A stretch of 64,000 bases of DNA from the NCBI RefSeq assembly GCF_018350175.1, contig NC_058368.1, positions 111,912,001 to 111,976,000 of the forward strand. The letters run 5' to 3'. A model generated the notes under the pieces. It was given only the letters and a program-made list of their open reading frames with translations, searched no databases and was not told the DNA's origin. Position 1 is the stretch's first letter; each line of letters begins with the position of its first letter. Positions 26,229-37,195 of this stretch are shown in pieces. Origin of the DNA: Felis catus. Its lineage: Eukaryota. Both the position numbers and the translations under genes were made by a program.

Positions 26229-27449
26229 ATGAAATAAAAATTTTATCTTTGTTTTAGGTTTGCAGAAAAGTTGCAAAGATAGCGAAGCAAGTTGCACACA
26301 CCTTGCACCCACTGTTCCCTGTCACTAATGTCACTAATGCACTAAGTGGTGCATTTACAACATAAGGAGCCAGCACTGGTACTGATCATTCCCTAAGCTC
26401 CATACTTTATTTGGATTTCCTTAGTTTTTCCCGAACATACTGTTTCTGTCCCAGGATACTACTTCATGTTTGGTCACCACGTCTCCTCCTGCTCTAGTCT
26501 GTTACAGGATCCAATTTTCCTTGACGTTAATGAGAGTGCCAAAGAGTCCTGGTGTTGTGTCGAGCTCACGGTGCCCTCCCTCGCACCCATGTTCCTCCTG
26601 CTCTTCCCCACTTCCCTTTTGTCCTCTCTCCAGCCCCTGTTACAAGTGCATTTCTTAGAAAAGTGTCAGCATGCAAGCTTTTGCCTCTGGCTCTTTCTTC
26701 TAGGAAATCCGCAGTAAGACTCTCTCGTTCTAGGCTCTGGATCTTTGGGGTCCCGACCAAAAGCCTGAGTGGCCCTCCTGATTGACAGATCTCGAACTCC
26801 AGCTCTTGTTCCTGCTGAGAGGCTGCCAAAAGTTGTACTCGGCTTCTCAGCCGCCACTTTCCGATCACCTTTTCCACCAAAAAGTCCCAACTGGCCAATA
26901 TCTCAAGGGGAAAAAGAGTGCCAAATATCAGGCTCAGTTTCCTGGGGTCCCCTTCTCTCCGAGATCTTGCTTCTAGAAATCCTGCATTGCTCTTTCTTGC
27001 CATCAAACCATTTAAAGATATATATTTCTGCCTTTTTTTTTTCTTTCCCTAGTTATTTTTAGCTAGAAGCTTGGTTCAGAAAAAAAGCTAGTTCTCCATT
27101 TCAGGAAGCAGAACTCACAACCCTGGGTTTTCATAGGAAACCACAGGGTACCGCTAGAAAAACTGCTGTTTCCTTACAGACTCTGGCAGGCCCCAGGCCC
27201 GGCAGAGAACAGAATAGGGCTCTGCCCCTCACGCACCTTTTTATTTCTGTCGTTTCTCACTGCCTTTGTTTTCTAACAGCTTTCCATGTTTGAGTGTGTT
27301 GGTGGAAGGTAGCTTTAGTATAATTTTCCTTGCTATATACAGTTGGATCTCTCAGCTGGAGAATTTTTTTCCTAATATATATTTTCCTAGAAAATGGTCA
27401 AGGTTTTGAAAAATGTTGATGTAAGATCATACTTAACATTTACCTATAA

Positions 27450-28473
27450 TTTTATTTTTTGTTAAATTTAAAAATGTTTAATTCCAGTGTAGTTGACATA
27501 CAGCGTTATATTTGTTTCAGGCGTATAGTGATTCAGCACTTCCATACCTCACCCTGTGCTCATCACAGCAAGTGTAGTCCTTAATCCCCATCACCCATTG
27601 AACCCAACCCCCCACTTACCTCCCCTCTGGTAACCATCAGTGTGATCTCTAGGTAAGAGTCTGTTTCTTGGGGTGCCTGGGTGGCTCAGTCAGTTGAATG
27701 TCTGTTTGACTCTTGATTTCAGCTTAGGTCATGATCTCAGGGCTGTGGAATCAGGCTCACATGGGGCTCCAAGCTGCTTAAAACTCTCTCTCTTTCTCTC
27801 TCTGTCTCTCTCGGGGCACCTGGGTGGCTCAGTCGGTTGAGCGTCTGGCTTTGGCTCAGGTCATGATCTCACGGTTTGTGAGTTCGAGCCCTGCATCAGG
27901 CTCTGTGCTGACAGCTCAGAGCCTGGTTCCTGCTTCAGATTCTGTGTCTCCTGTCTCTCTGCCCCTCCCCCGCTCATGCTCTGTCTTCCTCTCTCAAAAA
28001 TAAATAAACATTAAAAAAAATTTTTTTTAAAAAGACTCTCTCTCTCTCTCTCCCTTCATCCCAGTCTCAAATGCTATGAAGGCCTATGCTGTGAAGGAGT
28101 GTTTACCATGTGCTAGGTCCTCAGAGCACCTGAATGGCTCAGTCGGTTGAGTGTCCAACGTCAGCTCAGGTCATGATCTCATGAGTTCTTCCAGCCCCAC
28201 GTTGGGTTCTCTGATGTCATCGTGGAGCCTGCTTTGGATCCTCGGTCTCCCTCTCTGCCCCTCCCCCGTTCTCTCTCCAAAATAAATAAAATAAACTTTG
28301 TTTTTAAAGATTCTTTCTCTTTTCCTTTCCCCTCTCCCATGCTCACGTGCTCTCTTCCACTCTAAAAAAAAAAAAAAATTAAAGAGTCTTCTTGACTTTT
28401 CTCGTTTTTTCTTCCCTTTCTTCGCTTTCTTCATACGTTTCTTAAATTCCGCATATGAGTGAAAGCATATGGT
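27450..28473. mobile_element. Antisense L1 3' end interrupted by three plus-strand Can-SINEs (~27670, ~27813, ~28123)
   Basis: L1 3' motifs CCTCCCCTCTGGTAACCATCAG and AAATTCCGCATATGAGTGAAAGCATATGGTA; three SINE heads; repeated AAGAGTCT flanks the cluster. Confidence 0.85.
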
Positions 28474-28713
28474 AGACTAAAGAACTTTCTACGTGAAGGA
28501 AAAATGCAGAGTTAGTCCTTGGAACAATTGCAAGGGAGATAGGGGTGGGGAGCGTGCATCGCCAAGATGCTTACCTCACTGTCCCCCATTCCATCACCCA
28601 GAGAACTTTCCACAGTTCTGGTATCTGCCTCCTGTCCCTTTCCATAAATGTTGACTCCAATTTTCCTTTTCATGATGATTGTGTTACCATCATGTGCCCC
28701 AGCTATTATATAG

Positions 28714-28732
28714 TATCGCCCTCTGGTGGATG
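28714..28732 (-). promoter_or_regulatory. CTCF motif (reverse orientation)
   Basis: Minus strand CCACCAGAGGGCG at 28729-28717 matches the core CCASYAGRKGGCR. Confidence 0.65.
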
Positions 28733-29072
28733 GAACTGTTGGTCCCTTATAGAATGGGCCCAGAATGCTGCCATTTTGAACGCTGTCAACAAAGGAGACA
28801 GAACAATTAAAAGAGAAAAAGGACTGCCGACTCTCACATCTTATTACAAGGAGTCTTTTCCCCCTGGATCTCTTGCCCTAACTCACCAGGGACTGGTGAA
28901 TTGTACCTGTGATAACTGTTTCTGAATTAAGAATCAATAAGTAACAAGCAGGACTACACTTTGGCCTCTTGGTTTTAAAAAATACCCTGGGGCTGGCTCT
29001 AGGTTGAGAAGGTAGGCGTGATTTGGGGAGAATAGGATTTGCCGAATTTCAAAACCGCTCTTGTATTTTCCA

Positions 29073-29595
29073 GGGTAGGCTAACTGCTGTAACACCTAAG
29101 CTACACATTTCACTACTTTACACAGGAAAGTTTATTTCTTCTGCTTCGGGCTTTCCTACATAGCAGAGCAACTCCCTTGCTGTGATGTATTGAGAGTCAG
29201 CCCTCAATAGAAGGGTTTGTTAAAAAAAAAAAAAATTGTTTTCTTGCTTGTGCAGTGTCCCACCATAGATTTTCCTGGTCAGGTGACTCTCCTGTATGGC
29301 ACTCTTCCACCTGATGTCACAGGAACTCAGGCTGCTTCTGTTTGATGTCTCTGCCCTCTTCTAGGGCCTCAGAGAACTCTCCAATCAGCCGGTAGCAAGG
29401 AAAAGGTAGTCAAGGCTTGCATACAGGGAAGTTTATGAGCCAGACTTGGAATTATACCCACTTTGGGCATTTCATTGGCCACCATCCAGTCAAATGGCTG
29501 CACCCACCTGAGAAAGAGGCTAGGAAGTATAGCTTAGTGGTGGCCCAGGAGGAATAGGTAAATGGTTTGTGAACAGCTATCAAGTCCCTACCACA
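29073..29595. mobile_element. MLT1J/K-like LTR interrupted by the 28S fragment
   Basis: GGTAGGCTAACTGCTGTAACA…CATTTCATTGGCCACCATCCAGTCAAATGGCTGCACC…CTACCACA. Confidence 0.55.
29138..29235 (+). pseudogene. Retroposed 3' end of 28S rRNA with poly(A) tail (LSU-rRNA pseudogene / SINE28-like)
   Basis: CTTCTGCTTCGGGCTTTCCTACATAGCAGAGCAACTCCCTTGCTGTGATGTATTGAGAGTCAGCCCTCAATAGAAGGGTTTGT aligns without gaps to the recalled 28S terminus (…GCAGAGCAGCTCCCTCGCTGCGATCTATTGAAAGTCAGCCCTCGACACAAGGGTTTGT); A14 follows. Confidence 0.9.
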
Positions 29596-30104
29596 GGTCT
29601 TGTGTCTGTGTCTGTGTGTGTGTGTTTCTGCCTTCCAAAGAAAAAGTAAGAAGAACGTCTCAGGTGTCGCAAAGAGCCTCCAAACCTTCTTAGATCATTA
29701 ATGTTCTCAGTCTACTCAAATCCTGAGTTGACAGCAACACGGGATGTGATTTTTTTCAGCCACTTAAGACTAGAAGGAAGAGGCTTTTCAGTTAAAACAC
29801 GGAATATTTTCCTGGTCCTGGGATAGATCTAATTGGCCAATATTATTTTAAGTAAGCTCCTTATTGAAATTTGACATAATATAGAAAAATGCAGAAAAAC
29901 CACCGGCCCATAAGGAAACAGCTCAGTGAATTTTCACAAGGTCAATACAGCCATGTGACTATCACCATCAAGAATGAAAACATTACCCCATCTTAGAAAT
30001 TGACAAGTAAGGGTGGACAGGAGGGTTCTTGGTGATGGACAGGGTATTCTAGGGGCACTGAGTTGTAGTACATTGCTTGGGTTCTCCTTTAAATCTTAGC
30101 TCCA

Positions 30105-30272
30105 GGGGCTCCTGGGTGGCTCAGTCAGTTAAGCGTCCGACTCTTGATTTCGGCTTAGGTCATGATCTCACAGTTTCATGAGTTCGAGCCCCACATTGGG
30201 CTCTGTGCATTGACTCCATGGAGCCTGCTTGGGTTTCTCACTGTCTGCCTCTCTCTGCCCCTCCCCTGCTTG

Positions 30273-30310
<38 letters not shown>

Positions 30311-30340
30311 AAATAAAAAAAAATAAACTTAAAAAAAAAA
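30105..30340 (+). mobile_element. Can-SINE
   Basis: Head, CT tract and poly(A) all present. Confidence 0.94.
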
Positions 30341-32659
30341 GTGCTAGCCCCGAAGTTGAGGAAATGCTAAAGTGGCCTGAGGCTTGCCCTCCCCTTGATT
30401 CCAGACATCTGAATTACCTCTGACAGGTTAGTTCCTCTTTTAGAACCTCTGTTTTCCCATGTGTACTATGGGAGGTTTGGACTGACAAACCACTAAGCTT
30501 TCTCACCTTGGGACAATTCGGTTTTAGGACTTGCTCCAAATCCTACAGGATGGGTGTGATGGGGGAAAATGCATGATAGGCCTGGACAGCATCGCTTGTG
30601 CAGACAGATGCCATAGCCCCAACTTGTGCCCAGGCCCGGGGCCGTCTTCATTGAGTTCTCCAGACTGTGGTTCGGGCAGTCATTCTCCAGTGCTGTGCCA
30701 TGAGCCGTGCTCACCCCGCTGGTGTTCATTTGTTTTGGCTTCATCGAGTCTGTGTGTGCTGTGTGGGCTGCCGGACCTTGTAGAGTTGTTGGTGCACAGT
30801 CATAGCCAGGAGCTGAGGGTGTAGAATATGGACTTGGGCAGACTCGAGTGCCAACTCTGACTTTATCAGAAGCTGGCTGTGTGACCTTGGGTGAGTCATT
30901 TAACCTCTCTGAGACAGGCTCCCTATCTCTGAAGTTCCGAGGAGACAGTCGCCTATCTCCTAAGTTGTTGTGTGGAGGAACTGAGCTAATCCTTGATGCC
31001 TGGCCTCTAAGTGCCAGGGATGAGGTGGCTGGCAAGCCTGGTTGTGGAGAGTTCAGGAGCAGACCGGAAAGGTAGTCACCAGGTCCTTGTGACAGCAGCT
31101 GTGGTGGAAGCTCTAGCAGCTTCCCGAAGTCTCAGTCATGCGATGGATCCTTATATTCGACAGCCGGCTGTCGCTCCTTTGCGTAGGCTCCTCCAGCCCT
31201 TACCATAGCCTCCTAAGCATTTGACTCCTGGCACAAAAGCCCTCTTTTGCTAGAAACACCTAGAACAACTTCAGTTCGTTGCACTGAACCCAACTGGCAC
31301 AGGATGGTGGTACTGCTAACACTTACACAATCACGGGCTGAGGCAAGCTTTCTGAAGAAGCACTCCATCAATGGTACTCAGTAATGGTTGCCGTAAGACT
31401 ACCTGGTTAGCTGTTCGAAAGTGGGGAAAACCAGTTCTGTAAATGGCAGCTTGCCGCCCGCCGGTGCTAGCAGGATTTTTTCTTCCTCCCACTTTGGTTT
31501 TTCCAAGCAGTCAGCAGGCATCTCTAACAAGAGGAAAATGATCCTTGGCTAATGTTGCTTTCCCCCTTGTGTTCTCGCCAACAATTCATGTTGCCTTAAG
31601 AGATTAGGCCTTTTTATTGCTTGCCTCATTGCCCTGCTGTCTGCACCAAAGTTATGTCTTGGCTGGCTGGGCGTGTCCTTCTGATGGAGTCCAGGCCTGC
31701 TGCACAGAGAGCAAGGGGGTTATTTGATCTCTTGACTGTGGCTCTCCTAAGCCCCATTGAGGGTGCGCTTACCCACAGAGCTCTGCTATGCTAATTGGCC
31801 CCGGGTAGCCGAAGAAGCGAAATCCCACCTAAAGCAGTGAGTGTTTCTTCTGGCAGGATTTGATGTTTGGGAGAAGGCAGCCTCCACGGGGGCTCAGGGG
31901 TCAGCTCTGGATCCCACTCGACCCTTCCCAGATTCAGTTAATGGGCAGCCATTTCTTGATCAGGGTGATGGAGGGTCATAAGGGGCATCTCCTGCCTCCG
32001 GAGAGATTTTCACTCGGCCTGGACTTAAATCCTGGAATGTGAGAAAACCCCTCTGATTGTTTGTCTGTCAAGATGAACCCAAAGCCTGATATCTTGCCCA
32101 CCAAGAGCTGTTCCACAGACACTGCTGGTGAGAAGGTAGAGAAGTTAGCCTCTCCACTCCTGACTCACTTTTTTTTTATTATTATTATTAAAAGCTGCAT
32201 GGCACTTTTCCCGCTCTGAACTCTCATTGCAGCTCTTCCTAAAAGGCAGAGTGATCCTACAAAGCCCAGAGATAAAATCATTAGACCCTAGAGAGAGGTT
32301 CAGACTCAATCCCTTTCACTGGCAAAAGCTTAATGAGAGCGGATCCCCAGCACTGAGTGGCTCTCCCCCAGCTTGGTCATTCTCACCTGCCCTGGTCTTC
32401 CCAGAATTGCCCCTGCCCTGGGAACCCCCAAACCCTTCACATTCTCTTCACTGCTGTGATGTGCTCTTGATGGGCCCTGAACTCAGCATTAGGAAACTGT
32501 TTGTCTGCAAAAGAAGAAGAAGAAGAAAATTCACTCTTTGAAAAGTAACCCAAATCCCCTTTTGTTTACTGTGAGTCCCTATCTCTCTCTAACGAATGTC
32601 CCGTCTCCTTTGTATACAGCAGAGTTCTCCAGACTTAGTGTGCTTGAGAATTACCCGAA

Positions 32660-33850
32660 GCAAAAGCACAGTCAGATACCATGTCACCCCTACTAGGATG
32701 GTTCTAATCAAACCATGGAAAATAACAAGTGTTGGTGGAACCCTTGTGTGTTCATTGCTGCTGGGAACGGCAAGTGGTGCGGCTGCTGTGGAAAAAATTT
32801 TGGGGTCCCTCGAAAAGTTAAACATAGAATTATCATGTGACCCAGCATTTCCACTCGTGGGTATATTCACCCAAAAAATGGAAAACGGGGGCTTGAGCTG
32901 ATACCTGTATACCGATGCACACATAATGTACTCACGATGTCCTCGCAATAGCCAAAAGTAGAAGAACCCCAAGCGTCCATCAATGGAAGAATGGGGGCAC
33001 CTGGGTGGTTCAGTAAGTTAAGTGTCCGACTCTTGATTTTAGCTCAGGTAATGAACTCATGATTGTGAGATCGAGCCCTGAGTCAGGCTCAGCACAGAGA
33101 GAAGAGTCTGCTTGGAATTCTCTCTCTCCTTTCTCTCTGCCCCTACCCCACTTGTATGCTCTCTCTCTTTCTCTCTCTCAAAATAAATAAATAAACCTAA
33201 GAAAAAAAAAAAGGATGGGTACACAAAATGTGGTATAGCCATACACTGGAATAGTATTCAGCCATAAGAAGGAATAGAGTTCTTTTTTTTTTTTAATTAT
33301 TTTTTAACGTCCATTTACTTTTGACAGACAGAGAGACAGAGCATGAGTGGGGGAGGAACAGAGAGAGGGAGAGACACAGAATCTGAAGCAGGCTCCAGGC
33401 TCTGAGCTGTCAGCACAGAGCCCGATGAGGGATCATGAGTTGAGCCAAAGTCGGATGTTTAACCAACTGAGCCACTCAGAAGCCCCAGAAGGAATGGAGT
33501 TCTAATACACACGACGACATGGGTGAATCTTGAAAATATTTATGCTAAGTGAAATAAGCCATACACAAAAGGACATGCATGGTACATTTCCACTTACACA
33601 CACTCTCTAGCATAGGCAAATTCATAGAACTAGACAGTGGATTAGGGATTATCAGACCCTTGGGGTAAATGAGGAGTTACTACTTAATGGGTACAGCTTC
33701 TGTTTGGGGTGATGAAAAAGTTTGGGAAACCGTGGTAAAGACTGTACAACAGGGTCGATGTGATTAATGCCTGCCACTGAATTGAACATTTAAACATGGT
33801 TAAAATGGCATATCTCATGTGGTATTTATTTTACCGTAATTAAAAAAAAA
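32660..33850 (+). mobile_element. L1MB-like 3' end containing Can-SINEs at 32994-33212 (+) and 33280-33486 (-)
   Basis: Degenerate ORF2 C-terminus (STVRYHVTPTRMVLIK…IELSCDPAFPLVGI), 3' UTR motifs and A tail at ~33842-33851; SINE TSD AGAAGGAAT(A/G)GAGTTCT. Confidence 0.85.
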
Positions 33851-35495
33851 AGTAACCTCAAGAGCTTGCTGAAATGCGCCTTCCCAGGACGCTCCCAAGC
33901 TTGTTGAATCAGTATGACCAGCGTGGAGCTCCATCATGACTTGTCAAGTGTCTCTGATGTGGGTAATCCAGGGGATTCTTTTAGGATGCAGATATGCATA
34001 AGGATAGGTCAGGCCACCTGCCTTCCTTGGGAAACGTAAGGAAACAAAAGAGGAGGGCAGGCCAAGCTTTCCTGAGGCAGGACACGCCCACTTCACACAC
34101 CCTGATGAGGAAAAGTAGGCCATGCCACGCCCTGGCCTGGTGAGGACAGGCACACCAGTCTACTACACAGCCTGCATCTGAAGGTGGCGCTCTTGGGACC
34201 AGAGGAAGAACAGGGACCTTGCGACCAACACCGTGACTCTGAGGTCCAGTCTTGTGATGGCGCCTGCCGGTCTCCGGGCCAGTCCTCAGAGCCCTGCCCC
34301 GTGTCCTTCTCCAGCCTGCCCCTGCCCAGCCAGGCTTCCCTCCAGGCTCCAGCAAAGGCCAGAGTCAGGAGCTGACTTGGGGTTCTGGCCGCTTCTGGAG
34401 TTGGTCATGTTGTCTTCTTTCTCCCTAGTTCTCCCAGTGCCAGGGTCAAGTTTGCTGTTCTTTCCTCGGTGGTACATAATCTCCGTTCCGGTATTCCCCT
34501 CCCCATGACCAATGCACTTTACTGTATTTATTGACCATGTCTTTTCTTGCATGCAAGTAATCAAATTACTAGCAAAGAGAACGACCCAACAATGACACAA
34601 CCTCGCTGGGCTGATATCAGAGAGTTGTGCTTGTGTTCTTTTGTTGCCTGGCAACTCAAATATTCTTTGAGATTGGTTTACGCTTCTACTCTGAGTTCCT
34701 AAGACTCATTTTTAGAAACTATTCTGATAATGCCCCATCCAGAGAAAAGCTGAGAAAAAAAAAAAAAAGGCTGAACCTGGAAACTCAAATCTAAGTCTTG
34801 TTCGTCTTCAGGACGGAAAGACGAAGAAGGGAAGAGGCTCGCTCGTTCACTCCCCTGCTTTCTACCGAATCCCGACCCGGGGCTGGGTCTGCACCTTGGG
34901 AAGTGAGAGTGGACAGGACACAGCTCTCGCCTTCGGGGAGCTCAGTCCCAGGCTGGGTGAGGGTGGGGCTGGGGAACACATGTCAACTGGCCACCATAAA
35001 ATAGTTGACTGGTGGGCAAGGCAGGGGTGTGGAGGGAGGGCCAGAGGCTTGGCCTGATGGGTCATAGATTGGAGGATTCAGGGAAGATCAAAAATGAGAG
35101 GACACTTTGAGGAGACTTTTGAGAAATGGGTATTTTTTTTTAGGCAGACAGGATGTGGCTCGGACCTGAGCTCTCCAAGCCGTGAACAAGATCACCAGTC
35201 AATATGGGGCCAGATGAGGGGAGGGGAGGCTGCAGGATGCAAAGCGGCCTGATCCCTTGCACTGGAATGACACCCTTACAAGTCCAGACTGGATCCTGTA
35301 GGCAGTAGAGAATACCAGAATATTCTGAGCAGGAGAGTGCTGTGGTCAGATTTGCAGGGTTATTGAATGTATGGAAAATTCCGTAAGAAGAAAAGAAGAG
35401 TGTGATGAACCAGGAGCCCATACTTAAACTGAACAATTATGAATGCTTCTCCAAATTTTCTTAATGTATTTCTTTGCTAAAATATTTTAAGGCAA

Positions 35496-35716
35496 GGGGC
35501 GCCTGGGTGGCTCGGTCGGTTAAGCATCCGACTTCGGCTCAGGTCATGATCTCACGGTCCGTGGGTTCGAGCCCCGCGTCGGGCTCTGTGCTGACAGCTC
35601 AGAGTCTGGAGCCTGTTTAGGATTCTGTGTCTCCGTCTCTCTCTGCTCTTCCCCTGTTCATGCTCTGTCTCTCTCTGTCTCAAAAATAAGTAAACGTTAA
35701 AAAAAATTTAAAAAAC
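35496..35716 (+). mobile_element. Young SINEC_Fc-like Can-SINE
   Basis: CpGs retained; perfect 15-bp TSD AATATTTTAAGGCAA. Confidence 0.96.
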
Positions 35717-36704
35717 CCAATATTTTAAGGCAAATCAAGCCATCTTCTCTAGAAACTTCAGTGTGCCTCCTTTACAAATTCGGATTTTCTTTTTACTTGC
35801 TATCACACCTCACACACTTAACAGTAATTTCTCAACATGTCATCCCAATTTCACAACCAAATTTCCCACATTGTCCCCAAACGTTTTAGTTTCAAGGTTG
35901 CTTTGTCTGAATCAGGTTTCAAAGCCAGTGTGCACTTTCCAGTTACAGTTTTTGTTTTAGAAAGCTCACCCAGGGAAGGGTGGCCTCTGGAAGGTTCAAA
36001 TCTTCTAGCCCCGGGGAAGAGGCCAAGTTACATTGTTTCAGTCGGAAACATGGGCCTGCAGTTCAGGCGAGCAGGCCCGGCGGGAAGTTGCTCTGCTCCT
36101 GGGTGAGAAAGGCTGGTGTCACTCGGAGCCCTGGGAGGATGGACCCTGAGGGGTGGAGGGCTTGGGCATCTTTTGCAATCTTTAAGAGAGATGGGGGATG
36201 GGCGCTTACCGGTGGCAGGTGAGCGTTGAAAATCTACCTTGATGTCATAGAACTCTGGAGGCAGTCGCAGGGGAACAGTGAGGGTCAGAGCCTTCTGCGG
36301 TGCCCCGAGCGGTGGACACGAACAAGGTGAGGGGACAGGGATGCGGACAGCCTTTACAGGAATCTTTAAGAGAAAGTGGATGGGCCATAGTCAGAAAGGA
36401 CGGTGGGCGAAGAGGAACATCCCCAGGTATGGCAGGTCTGTGACCCTCTAAAGGCTAAAAGGCTCTAGTTTGTCACTCCAGCAGTAGAGGAAAGGTCAGG
36501 TGGTGAGTCTCAACTGAGGCCGCGTTCTGGAAGATAACCCAGCTCTTTCAAGTGGCCTTAGCATCGAGCGTGCCCACAGAAGCTGATGGCAAGGAGGTGG
36601 ACATGTGCAGGAGGGTTTACCTAGCAGGTGTGTTGTTGCTTCATTCGTTCCAGGAAAAGCTGAAAGTAGCCTGTAGGTGTAACAATAAGGATATAGAGAG
36701 ACAC

Positions 36705-36915
36705 GTTTTCTCAGCCTCAGCTGTCAATGTTTGAGGTCAGGTGACTCTTTGTTGTGGAAGCTGTCCTGGGCATCATAGGGTGTTTAAAAGCATCTACCCA
36801 CTAGATGCCAGTAGCCACCCCCACCCCACCCTGCGTTGTGACAACCAAAAATGTCTCCAGACATTACAAAATGCCCCCTGAGGGAGGGGCGAAATCCACT
36901 GCAGTTGGGAAATAC
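36705..36915. mobile_element. MER20 (hAT-Charlie)
   Basis: CTACCCACTAGATGCCAGTAGC…GTTGTGACAACCAAAAATGTCTCCAGACATT is the MER20 signature. Confidence 0.85.
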
Positions 36916-36977
36916 TTAGGTGAACCCGTGATGTGCCCTTACGGTGACATATTACAGCATCCTAAAGATGTCTTTTA

Positions 36978-37195
36978 GGGGGTCCCTCGGTGGCTCAGTC
37001 AGCGAAGCACCCGACTTCAGCTCAAGTCATGATCTCCCAGTTCGTGGGTCCAAGTCTGTGTCGGGCTCTGTGCTGACAGCTCAGAGCCTGGAGCCTGTTT
37101 CCGATTCTGTGTCTCCCTCTCTCTCTGCTCCTCCACCACTCATGCTCTGTCTCTCTCTCAAAAATAAATAAAAGTAAAAAAAAAAAAAAAAAAAA
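36978..37195 (+). mobile_element. Can-SINE
   Basis: Full element; TSD AAAGATG(T/G)CTTTTAGG. Confidence 0.94.

Noticed and set aside
35496..35585. tRNA-like A-box/B-box sequence (also in the other SINE heads)
   Set aside because: tRNA-derived head of a Can-SINE, followed by a CT tract, A tail and TSD.
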